Assembly (NCBI GenBank): GCA_002633005.1
Contig: NMRA01000090.1
Coordinates: 111,758 to 175,757, forward strand
Direction of reading: 5' to 3'
DNA length: 64,000 nucleotides
Source of the DNA: Phoronis australis
Taxonomy: Eukaryota; Animalia; Phoronida
The notes beneath the pieces were generated by a model. The model ran no database searches and was not told the origin of the DNA. It was given only the letters and a program-made list of their open reading frames with translations. The position numbers and the translations under genes were made by a program. Position 1 is the first letter of the stretch. The number at the start of each line of letters is the position of its first letter. Below, one piece after another: positions 49,563 to 61,500 of this stretch.

Positions 49563-49714
49563 TGTTGTAGATGTGCTTCCGGTGAGTTATATGAGCCCCT
49601 GTTAGCTACTCGCTAACGGGCAATTGCCTATTAGCTGAATGGTTAGCACGCTTGCCGGTTTTATGGGGGTCGCGGGTTCGATCCCCGAGTCGGGTAATCT
49701 CGGCTATTACTACA
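49563..49714 (+). mobile_element. 152-bp TG..CA element (solo LTR or Ginger-like) with 4-bp TSD and tRNA-like Pol III promoter
   Basis: CAAT|TGTTGTAG...TTACTACA|CAAT (TSD 49559-49562, 49715-49718); A box TAGCTGAATGG (49632-49642), B box GGTTCGATCCC (49675-49685). Confidence 0.7.
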
Positions 49715-50659
49715 CAATTAAAGTCTTTATTTATGAAAAGAGCATGTGCATTAATTGAAAAATAAAAAGTTCGGTCAGTGTGACTGGGTTGGGAAAAAAG
49801 AAAGTATTTGGCTAATAACTTGAAAATGGCTAAAAGTTTTCAGATGCTTTAGCCATTTTGGCAAATAGAATATGATACATTGTCTTTCATTTTGTGTGTT
49901 CTGTTCATGGTTGGAAGACAAGTCGCAGTCCTGGTGCCGCTGTCGTCTGCAGTGTAGGCTACTGCTCAGGCTACGCTCTGTCTTCTGCAGATACTTTGTC
50001 GTCAATGTACGTGTACTAAAATTATATATGAGCGAGCATCAGAATGGAATACATTGTTGTGGTAGTGATAAACTGTCGTCGGCATTTTTTCACTCAGGGT
50101 GCAAATTTAGATTTTTTTATGTTATGCAATCATATTGACAGAATTCCTTCACCTTTGGCATATATTTGTATGATGATCTTGTTTTAGCACTGGTACTTAT
50201 GACATTTACGCATTTTAAAGTATGAAAAAATGTTAATTATGGCCAGAGTAATCCTTGATATAGCTGAAAATAGCCAGAAATCCATTGTTATTTTGTTTCA
50301 CTGAAACATTACATGTTTTTAATACACATGGCATTTAATTAAATCACACATTTAATTGAAATTTAATATTTTTCATGATTCTAACATGTATTTCTTGTTT
50401 GTATTTAGAAAATTGCAGGGATCTGAAAAGTCAAACACAATTTTCAGACACACATGCAAAATGATGTCAGTGTTATGCAAAACAAGTAAATTTGCATGTG
50501 TTCCTTCTCTTACAGCCATGGCTGAAAAAGAAAACCATTACTAGTGTTTTAAACTGTGTTTTTTAATGGAAATTTGAGCTAGAAACCACATATTTGAACA
50601 AGATGTCCTAGTGATTGGATTCCTCAACCAAATAATATCAGTCACCTAAGAAAAACTGT

Positions 50660-51502
50660 GTATTCTCCGTAGCCATGTCTAAATTCCATTAAATTCTTCC
50701 ATTAATAAAAGATTTTTGATACAGCACATTGAGAATCTTGAAGCTATTTTTGGCCCACAAAAAATATTAGACCAAGCCCTGGATTTGAATTGATCATAAG
50801 CAAAAATAATGTCTTTCGTATTCTCCATAGCAGCCTGTATTCTCCGTAGCCCCCAACTTTGAATTGTTGGTACATGGTTTGAAAAAAACTTGTATGTAGG
50901 TACATGTACTGAGGAAATGGGAACGAATAATCTCTCCAAGACAAGAACAATTGAAAAAATATTTTTGAGTGGGATTTGAGGCAAGTGTAGCTAAAATTAC
51001 TTTTTCAGTTTAAACTCATTATTAATAAAACATGGATGTTCTTTGGTCTTTCAGAAGTGTTGGTATTAACAAGCAAATGAATTCTATTGCATTGCCCAAG
51101 TGTTCATCCACTTATAAACAGGTATCTGCATATTTCGTATTCTCCGTAGACCCCTCCATGACCTCTGTGTTGTGTGAGATTTATGCATTCAATGTTTTCC
51201 TGATGATGAAAAGTATTTCTGTATTTCTTTGAGGGTAGTTGATGGAAGTAGGCATCCCATTGATGGTGATGTGACTCTGATGATAGTTAAGAGCTGAGTA
51301 TGTCCTAATTTCCATTATGTTATATTTTTGTATTTACACAAATGTGAAGAAAATTAAGACCGTATTATCTCCCTTTTTCTAAACACAACTGTTTTTGTAA
51401 TTCAGAAGTAGTAGTATTGACAAGTAAATGAATTCCACTGAATTGCTCCAGTATTTTTCTTCCCACAAATAGTTATCGTAGCATTTTGTGTTCTCCATAG
51501 CC
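50660..51502 (+). repeat. Dispersed 15-bp motif array GTATTCTCCGTAGCC
   Basis: Copies at 50660, 50818, 50837, 51137, 51488, same orientation, AT-rich spacers. Confidence 0.75.
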
Positions 51503-51516
51503 CCTCACTGACATCC

Positions 51517-52617
51517 ACAAAATTTACATGTAGCCTCTAAGTTCCGGAAGTCCTGGAAGGCCATTGTATTTCGTCATGATCGGATCCAAGATGGCCGACT
51601 TGGCCGCCATTTTGTTTTCAATTTCTGATTCAGATGCTCATAGAGTCCGTACGTTTGTATGCACATGGCTAAAAATCGGCACATTTATTTTATTACGCGT
51701 CTGCTACAGATGTGCTGAATTTTTTTACTTCCAACCAAAGATGGCGGAAATATCGGCACCTTGATTTCAGGCTAATAACGTTTTCTCTTGTAGAGGAGGC
51801 ATTATAACACCAATGGCTCCGAAATTTTCCGGTATCAGTTTTCTATGACAGGCTGTTATTTAGTGCTGAAGAACCGAAAGTTGCTTTCAAGATGGCGGAT
51901 TTGGCGCATGTTGACCTATTTTCAGTCGTGCTGGGGTGCCATTTTAAATGGAAAAGGAAAATGACGTGATTTTTTTTTCACGTGGATTCTCTGAGGTATA
52001 CTCTTTCAAATGTTTAGAGGCAATTTTTTTCAGACTTGCTGTTTTTGAGTTAATTGATATTGAATTTCAAAAAAAACACTAAATTTCTTTTTTTCGAAGA
52101 GTATATGGAAATTTGCTAAACTATCTAATTGGATAGAACTTTGGACGGGCTTTCAGAAGATATTTTCCATTTTTCGCTAGGATGTCTACTTTTCGAATTA
52201 TTCGAGATTTTCTGATAGCGCTGTTCCTTTGTTGAGTGCTTTTGCTGCATTGATGTTGGTTTAGCTTCTATTGAACAAGATTGTAGCTTATTTGTTACTG
52301 ATTTATGACATTTAAGTTCGTCTTATGAATGTTATGATGTTGTTCATCATCGCCACCATCATCATAATATTCGTCATCTTTGTCGTCATCTTCGTCGTCC
52401 TCTCCGTCTTCGTCTTTTCAATTAATTTTGCCAAGAGTCGCTCGGGACTGTAGCCTATTACTGATTTCTGACCTCTACGTTCGTCACATGAATGTTATCA
52501 TTACTTGTATTGTTCATCGTCGCCACCATCGTTGTCATATTCATCATCATCTCTATCGTAGTCATTTCTGTTAATTTCGCTAAGTTTCACTCCTCGGAGG
52601 GCTTTCAGTTGAATTTT
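51517..52617 (+). mobile_element. HINE family B, 5'-truncated copy
   Basis: Colinear with 59790-60560; ends AATTTCGCTAAG (52573-52584), CTCC-TC-GGAG hairpin (52590-52599), then T-rich end. Confidence 0.8.
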
Positions 52618-55011
52618 GCTGGTTTGTTCAGTAAGTTGGTGTAAGTTTAATGGGCCACTGCCATATGGTTTGTCTCCAGTTTGGAGTAGTTGCTAGGGCC
52701 GTGTCAGAACCACCCGGCCACCCCTATTCAAAATTTATATTTAATATCCCAGACTTCTACCAGGTGTCTTTTTTCATTGTTCTTATATACCACTGGATGT
52801 CAGGCAAAAAGGTACCCTATACACAAGTGCTTTACCTATAAAAAGTGGCAGTTTAGACTGGAGTGACTTGTGCAGATAAACCATAAGGTATGAGTGCTTA
52901 ATGTCTGTGAATGTGAAGTTATCATAGAAAATGTCTGAAGCGTTTTTGTGATGTAAGCCGATAATGATTCATTGAAGATGCCAACCCCAAATGTAAGTGG
53001 GAAGATGCACATTTTATGTGGCACAGTTCCCAAAGAATGGAAGGATTGTTTTCAAATACATTTAAACTTCGCTATGCTGGTGGTGTGAAAATTAATTTTT
53101 GCCTAGTAAGCAATATGTTGTCAAGGTTAGCAGTCACAATTTTTAACCAATTGTTTGAAGCTAATGTCATGACAATCGTTTCAATGGGCTAAATACCATA
53201 GCACAGGAATGTTACACTTGACAAGTTACCGGTGACTGAGTTAACAACCGCATGTAATAATCAGCAACTGTAATTTAGCTAAGATTTTTTGTAATATCCA
53301 ACCACAAGCTGTTGCAGGGACTTTTCATATTGGTGCTCTTTTGGAGTAATGAAAGCATGAAAGTGGCTTCCGATTGATTCCGACTCAGATTTGGTGGACA
53401 GAACTTCAGTTTATGCAGCAGCCGAGGAATAACTTCTACTGTCAGTCTCTGCCATTGTTTAATTAGTTAAAGTTCAATAATTTATTTTAGCGTTTTGACA
53501 CTGCCTGCATGGGATTGAAATTCTGCCACTTTATTGGCAGTAGCCACTGGCTTAGTGTTGCAGATACATCTTTGCAGAAGCAAATGTGTGGAACAGGGCG
53601 TCCTTGCTCATCAGTTGATATTTGAAAAGGTTTGCCTTTTTTCGCAAGATACTCGGTACATCCCAATGCACAGCAGTGGAAATTTACTGGCGTTTGCAAT
53701 AGCTGTAAAGGTGTTACCAGGTAAAACCCTGTTGATGCGAGTAGGTTGAAAACTCCCGTGGGATCTGTAGGTGGTACTAAACACTTGTATACAAAAGACC
53801 TGATTGCCATCTTGCAGGTTAGTGAATTTCAACATGGCATGACTATTTCGAAAGTCAGCTATTTAACATCACCGAGAAAAAGTAAATTCTGAAATTTTTG
53901 CCGTATTGTTTTCCAAACTTGTTTCATTATTCTCTGAATAAAAAGTGGTCCAATCATTTCCTCACTGAGTCAATTCTGGAGTACTATAATGAGCAGTAGA
54001 ACACAACTGTGTCTTGTGATTACATTCCACGCCACCAGTTGGCTGTAACACCTTGGTGAAATCGGCGATGCATGACAGGCTGGGATCTAAACTTTTTTGT
54101 GGTGTTTCTAAGAACCATGTACTTATGTAGTTTAGCAAATTCTTTTAATAGCCCCTGACTGACATGTTGAGAACCAGTTTTCTACACTGAGTCTGGCATC
54201 AAATTGGTTCTCAAATTCTGCACCCCGTGTATTATGTTAGTGACTAAAGCCATTAGTTCTAGCTTTTTAAAGGACACCTTTGGGTATGAGTCAGTTTTGT
54301 TGTAATTTTCCTCAAACCACTTAAGTGTCTGCACATGCTCACATAAACAATTGCCAATGTTCAAACCACATGGAATGCCAGCTGATCACCAGAATATGCC
54401 CTATTGCAAAAGCGCATTGAAAGATGAATAAGTTGTGTTTAGATGTGTTGTTGACACTGGAACACCTGATCAAGTGTAACTCCTCTACCTAAACCAGTGT
54501 CAAAACTGGCTGCGCCAGCAGGTCAACTGTCTTCGTGTAAATGCGGCTCATGACCTAAGCACTTAGTACACAAGTGCGGATTTGGATTTTTGGTTAAACA
54601 GGCTGTGAGAGTATGTGACAACTCTACCGTTTTTTATTGGGTGCAGAGGATGCTAACTATACAATGTCCTTGGCGACCACTGGGAATATCCATCGCTCAT
54701 AGCGGCTCTCGCCCTCCGTACTGTCACTTAGTCATTCTTAGTATTTGCAGTGCTCACCATCTAAATTTTTAAGACAAAACTGGAAACCAGTGTGCAAACT
54801 CTCTATGCACGGCTAAATCACAATCAAGGTCCATATTGGAGAATTGACTGTGTTACGGTCTAAAATAAAATTTTTTGGTCACTTACCATAAGCCAACTGA
54901 ATCTCATATGCAAAGAGTTATTTAGTTGTGCAAATTAAAACAAGAATCATCAAAATTGGACAATGTTTGAGAAATTGATCCCTTCTTGTTGTTTTATTTA
55001 CTTATTTATAC

Positions 55012-55088
55012 TCTACATTTCGTGAAACAATAGTATCCTTGGGAGGATCTGGATCGCCTTATTTAGTTTCAGATTTATTTTCTACGTT
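55012..55088 (+). repeat. 77-bp element identical (inverted) to 36438-36514
   Basis: TCTACATTTCGTGAAACAATAGTATCCTTGGGAGGATCTGGATCGCCTTATTTAGTTTCAGATTTATTTTCTACGTT. Confidence 0.92.
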
Positions 55089-56197
55089 TTTCATTTTTTT
55101 CTTTACGAGTGGCCATTTTAAAAATAACAATTTTCAAATGTCAACAGTAGAAAAGAATTTTATTTTATTAAGTAAGCAATTGATTTGATATGACTGGGAA
55201 TAACTTGAGTCACTTTCAGAATCACTTAGATGAAGTTGTGCTTAATCATTGAGAAATGATAGGGTTCATCGTAAAACAGCCACTCGTTATGAAATTTGTA
55301 AAGTCTGTGTTTCTAACCCTCATCTAATGTAGAGAAGGTTAAAAACTGAAGTTCACACTCTGTAATAAAAAGAACTGCAGAATATGTTAGCCAAGGCAAC
55401 ACAGCAAATTATTCAATATCTAAACAAGCCAAAAGTTTGGATATTGACTGGATTCTGCTATGTTGAAAATGGGCCAAAAAGGCTAACAAAATGTAGTGTA
55501 CGTACCCCCATGTGGAATTCAGTAACACAAAATGGTCATTGCAAATGAAATTATTGCCTTTTAAATAACAACATGGTGCTTATTATCACCAAAGAAAAAT
55601 AAATGGCCATACAACATTCTGTTACCATGTAATGCAGAAATAGTGGTGTAGTGTACGTACTCCCTTTCGTAGTGTACCTAACCCCATGTTTACAAATGCC
55701 ATCAAATTAAAAAATCACATGGTAAGTGAGCAACATTGGTCATAGACAGTTTCCTTCCCTAAAAAGGTTAGGTTAAAAGGGTGTTTATTGCAAATACATT
55801 TGTTTTGAGTGAAATATTAGCATTTGTGTAGTGTACGTACCCTAAAAAATTTTAATTTGTGCCTATTTTCAAAGTATGGCAGATATGCACATGAATGCTG
55901 TGCTTTTTATTTTTTCTCTTTGCATTGATTTAGTAATTCAATTAACTCTCAGTAGATTCTTAGTATTTAGTTAGAAACCTGACATGTCATTGAAATGTAG
56001 TGTACGTACCCCTGTGTACTGTACGTACCCCGTACCCCGATGTGAACCAATACCATGAAACAAAAATATTACACAATAAGTATGCAACACTTGTCACAGG
56101 CAGTTTCCTGCTTTAAAAATGCTGTTAAAAGGGTGTTAATTACCGTTACACATGCATTTGTTTTGAGTGAAATATTAGCATTTGTGTAGTGTACTTA

Positions 56198-57606
56198 CCG
56201 TATTCGCCGTAATAACCGCCCAGGGCGCTTAGAAAAGTTCGGTTCTGGGGGACGCTTATTATAACCCAAGGCTGTTGAAACCCGGTAAAATCAGAAGCTA
56301 AGATTCATCAAATTTACGCTCTATGACATATCTGTAATCTATGAAAGACTTCCAACAAAACTGTGGTGCATTGCTATCAAACTTTGCTGCTAAATTACGA
56401 TCATTTTATGGAAAATTGTGCTGAAATCCCTAGGCGAAAACTCGCCGACTGACTGCCTCGAAATCGCCGTCTTTGATATGGCGACTTCAGTGCTTGAATA
56501 GAATAGTTTCGACTCTAGCAAATTACCTGAAATCCTCATTAAGTTCATTAAGTTTTCTAAGTAGCGTCCCTAAGATTTTTTTTAAGTTCCCGTGGAGTCT
56601 GGATTAATGGCAGGTTTAAGTAAAAATCTGTGCAACATCGTGCCATCTACATGTATGATCGGCAACACGGCGAGAAAAATGTCTGGATGAACACGCATGT
56701 TGTTGTCACGTGACGTTTGTTTTGAAGTTCGTCGCGAGTAAGCGAGCGCGTGCGTGTCACCAGAGTTCATTTGCCAAAGCAGAGACCGTCTTTTGGCCAG
56801 AGCCACGCAGTCTAACGAGATAGGTGTGCATTGTGTCTAAAGAAATTTGCACAAGCAGTAGGCCTAAACCAGAGCGTGTCATTCAGCACTTGCCGGTCTC
56901 GTGCTAAAAATGTTCGACATTTGTTTCGGTAAGGCCCATATTAGTCGCCATGTAGCTGGATGCGTACGTAACTATCTGACAGATATTTTTCGGTGTAAGG
57001 GTGTGTAAGCATTCACTGTCAGTTGTCATTTTATCGGATATTCGGCTTAAAAACACCAATTATGGTTAATCAAACAATCCATCTAAAAAATAACGCAAAC
57101 ATGTTTTATAGTTTTAGAAATTGTCGGAAATTAGTGCCAATATTCATTTCTTACCGATGCTATGCTACCCGTTTCATGAATTGATAGTTCCCGACTAATG
57201 TCTTTGATGACAGGTTCATATATGTAGCACGCGCTTCCTGGCCACGTGCGTTTAACACCGAGTTATTTTTATTCATGAGACAGTCGGTGTGTCTACTGAA
57301 AGGTCAGACCATAGTGGGACACAGTCGTCGCAAGAGTAGCAATGCTGTTGCATTCTTTTTGAAGCGCTGCGTTACTTTGAAGTGTATAGTCACGGCTAAA
57401 TACAAACGTAGCAGTGCCGCTGGTGGTCTAGAAGACCCGTGCAAAACTTTTTTTGATAAACTGAAGATGTTACTGTAGCCGAGTTTTAGGACTGTAGGTA
57501 TGTCATTGTTCGCATGTACGCGTTCATGGACTGGGTGCTTATTTCAGCAAAGTCTGAAAACGCGTGGGGGGCGCTTATAGGGCATGGGCGGTTATTACGG
57601 CGAATA
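56198..57606. mobile_element. pogo/Tc2-like (CCGTA-terminus) non-autonomous transposon nested in the 54815-57794 element
   Basis: TA|CCG then TATTCGCCGTAATAACCGCCCA (56201-56222), with perfect inverted copy at 57585-57606; right tip deleted; the host ~360-bp unit resumes at 57607. Confidence 0.82.
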
Positions 57607-58567
57607 TGCGCCTGTTTTCAAAGAATGACAGACAGATATACACATTTATGCTGTACTTTTTATTTTTTTCTTTGATTTAGTGAATCATCTACTGTAACTC
57701 TCAGTAGATTCTAAGTAATTTTTATAACCCAGCTTTCACACTTATATGACAACCTTCATTTTTCACCTACGAATATGGACCTTGATTGTGATTTGCCCAA
57801 GTATTAGTTTGTCATTTAACAAATGTACTTTTCATCGATCAGGTGAGTCAAAAGGCGTTGATTTGCTCTTTATCTGAGCACTGGGCACTTAATGCAAAAT
57901 CTTTAAATTTAGTCTGGGATAGGCACTTATCCGTGAAGTGGCCACTTACTCGTAAGCCTTCAAAAGTTGTGAATGGCTGCTTAGCTGAGCTATGACCGCT
58001 TGTATCGAAAATTCACCCAAAGTGGTAGATTGGCATTTATTTGAGCTTGGGCATTAACCCAATTGTTTATGGTATATGCACAATCTTCATTCATAAAAGT
58101 AATTGTGAATCATTGTTATCTTGCTAGTGTTATCTCAAATGCATTTAACTAGAGCATTGAGCATTTCAGCAAAACTCCTTTTAAGCACCTAATAACCTTG
58201 ACTTTTCAAACCTACTTGAGGTTATGTAGGACCCTATTAACTTGGGAAAAGGATATGTTTTATGAAAGCAGAAAGCCTGTAGAATTTATTTTTTGACTTC
58301 AAAACCAATATGTCATTGGTGGAGTCTTTTAGTAAAATTAGCAAAAAAGGCACAATCATAGTAAGACAATTGTATCAATAGCATGATTAAATTTTGTGTA
58401 TTTCACACAGTGTTGCTTACTCACACCTGTTTTATAGTTGAGTTGTTCAAACCGAGCCACTTTTCTTTGATTTTCTTCTCATGTCAAAGTGACACCTTTG
58501 ATGGATTTTCATCTGATGTACACACTGTAAATTTGACTCAATATCTCTCCATTGATGGGTAGTCTAA

Positions 58568-61500
58568 TTTTTACCACATATAAATATGTGGGCGCATTAT
58601 GCCGTCATCTCCGTCCGTCCGGCCAGCCAGATGTCCGTCCGGCGTCCGCTGCTCTATCTCCAAAATGCCTTAACGTATGTTCATGAAATTGTGCACAGGT
58701 GTTCCTTCCATGGATGGGATGGCATGAGCGAACTTTCGTACGGATCGGACTACCGGTGTTCTCCCCAGTGGCAATTTTAGTTTTTTACGTTAACTTTACC
58801 GATGTATCTTTAAAAGTCCTGAAGGGATTTTTATAAAATTTGGTATATAGGCACCTATTAGTGAGATGACGCTATCCTCCCATTTTCGGATGGATTCCAC
58901 ATAGTTTGCACCACCTAGTGGCCATTTTTACTGTTTTCGAGTTTTTTTTGCGTGCACCCCTCTATCACGCAAACCGCTCAAAGGATGATTGTGAAAATTG
59001 GCACATATATTTTTACTGTTAAGTGGACAGCTGACGATGATTTTCCTTCAAGTTCGACTACTGTGGCGCCTCCTAGTGGTAGTTCTGTTTTTTTTTTTGC
59101 AATCACGGCTGTATCTATTAAACCGTTTGCAGGATCTTTACTTAATTTAGCAAGTGTATTTATATGATGTTGACAATAGATGACGACGACTTTCGGATGG
59201 ATCTGACTACTGGTGTGCTCCGTTAAGTGGCAGCTTTAGTTTTTCACGTTTACCAGTCTGTATCTTCAAAGGTCTTCAACAGAGTTTCATAAAATTTTTA
59301 ATATAGGCATCTATTGGTGAGGTGACGCTATCATCCTGTTTTTGGATGGAATCAAGTTATTTTGCGCCACCTGGTGGCCATTTTTGCTGTTTTCTAATGT
59401 TGTTTTTGGCTTCAACCCCTCGATCAACAAAACCTTAAGAGATGGTTTTGAAAATTGGCATATATGTTTTCAGTGTGAAGAGGACGTTTGATGATGGTGA
59501 CTGACTACTGTGGCGCCTCCTATTGTTAGTTTTGTTTTGTTTTGTGCCCTTAGCTGTATCTCCAAAACCCACTTCAGGATCTTTATTAAATTTAGGAAGT
59601 GAACATATATGAAGATAACAGATGACAACTTTCAGGCGGATGGAACGGACGCTGTGTCCACAAATCGCATTATTCATTACTTTGTGAAATTAAAATTCCG
59701 CCGAGTATCTTGGTCTGACAGCAAGTTTTTTTGTTTTTTTTTTGTTTGTTCGCTCTCTACAGGTTGCAATTTTCGTCCGATTCTCACAAAATTTGCACAC
59801 ATGTAGATCGGAAAGTCCTGGAAGCCTATTGTTTTTGGTCATGATCAGATTCAAGATGGCGGACGTGGCGGCCATTTTGTTTCTGATTTCACATTCAAAT
59901 GCTCATAGAGGCCGCATTTTTTGACGTACAGAGCTGAAACTTGGTACGATTATTATAGAACACGTGCTACACGTTTGTCAAAAAACATTCACTTCCATTT
60001 AAAGATGGCAGAAATATTGACGATGGCGCATGCGCACCTCGATATCTGGCCAAAAACGTTTTCTCCTGTAAAGGGCGCATTGGCGAACCAATCACTTTCA
60101 AACTGGTCACGTGTATGTTGCTATTGATCAGCTTTTACAAAATTTTGTTTAACCAGAAGTCACTTTCAAGATGGCGGCTCTGGCACACTTTCACCCATTT
60201 TCAATCGTTCTGCTGTCGCCTTTTTAATGGGAAGAGCAAATGACATGAATTTTTGCATGTGGATTCCTTGAAGTATGCTCTTTCAAAAGTTTTGTGATAA
60301 CGGTTTTCTCAGACTTACTGTTTTCGACTTATTTGACTTTGAATTTCAAAAAAAACGCAAAATTTCAATTTTTTCGAAAAATTTATGGAATGTTGTGAAA
60401 TTATCAATTTAGATAGGATTTTGGATGGGCTTTCAGAAGATATTTCCATTTTTCACTACCACGTATACTTTTTGAATTATTCGAGATTTTCTGCTGGCGT
60501 TGTTCCTTTGTTGACAGCTCTTGCTGCACTGATGTTGGTTTAGCTTCTATTGAACAAGACCATGAAGACATTGCTCATAGAGGCCGCACCTTTCGACGTG
60601 CAGGGCTGAACATTGGTACGATTATTATAGCAAACAAGCACTACAACTGCGCATTAAATCTTTAACTTCCGGTCAAAGATGGCGGAAATATCGGCAATGG
60701 CGCATGCGCACCTCGATAACTGGGCGAAAACGTTTTTTCCTGTAAAGGGCGCATTGGCGAACCAATCACTTTCAAACTGGTCACGTGTATGTTGCTATTG
60801 ATCAGCTTTTACAAAATTTTGTTTAACCAGAAGTCACTTTCAAGATGGCGGCTCTGGTGCACTTTCACCCATTTTCAATCGTTCTGCTGTCGCCTTTTTA
60901 ATGGGAAGAGCAAATGACATGAACTTTTGCATGTGGATTCCTTGAAGTATGCTCTTTCAAATGTTTTGTGATAACGGTTTTCTCAGACTTACCGTTTTCA
61001 AGTTATTTGAAAAAGAACTCAAAATTTCAATTTTTTCGAAAAAATTATGGAATGTTGCGAAACTATCAATTTAGATAGAGTTTGGAACGGGCTTTGAGAT
61101 AAAGTTTTTTATTTTTCGCTAGGACTTCTACTTTTTGAATTATTTGAGATTGTCTAATAGCGTTGTTCCTTTGTTGAGCACTCTTCCTGCATTGATGTTG
61201 GTTTAGTTTATTTGAACAAGACTGTAGCTTATTTCTTACTAATTTATGACATCTAAGTTCGTCGTATGAATGTTATGATGTTGTTCATCATTGCCACTTT
61301 CATCATCACAATCATCGTCGTCGTTAATTTTGCCTATTGTCGCTCAAGACTGTAGGTAGCACTGAACAGTCAGGACGCAGCCACGGAGCATTTTCTAGTC
61401 CCTAGAATTTATGTTAAGGGCGTGTGTCAGGTTTGGGGGTGGTTTGAGGAAATTGTTAACAACAATTGCCAGGAAACTTATTTACTTGTGTTTTTGAATG

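Larger units (their letters stand above)
54815..57794. mobile_element. ~3-kb non-autonomous DNA transposon with 23-bp perfect TIRs and GTAGTGTACGTACCC motif array
   Basis: AAATCACAATCAAGGTCCATATT (54815-54837) / AATATGGACCTTGATTGTGATTT (57772-57794); motif copies near 55493, 55648, 55669, 55828, 55996, 56017, 56186; no TSD recognised. Confidence 0.72.

Noticed and set aside
49626-49696. Functional tRNA gene
   Set aside because: A and B boxes are present, but acceptor and anticodon stems pair poorly, no T-run terminator follows directly, and it lies inside a TSD-flanked element.
51564-51764. SKMADLAAIL / KMADVAAIL ORFs as paralogous proteins
   Set aside because: They result from the AAGATGGC..GCCATTTT palindrome of family B, not from coding sequence.
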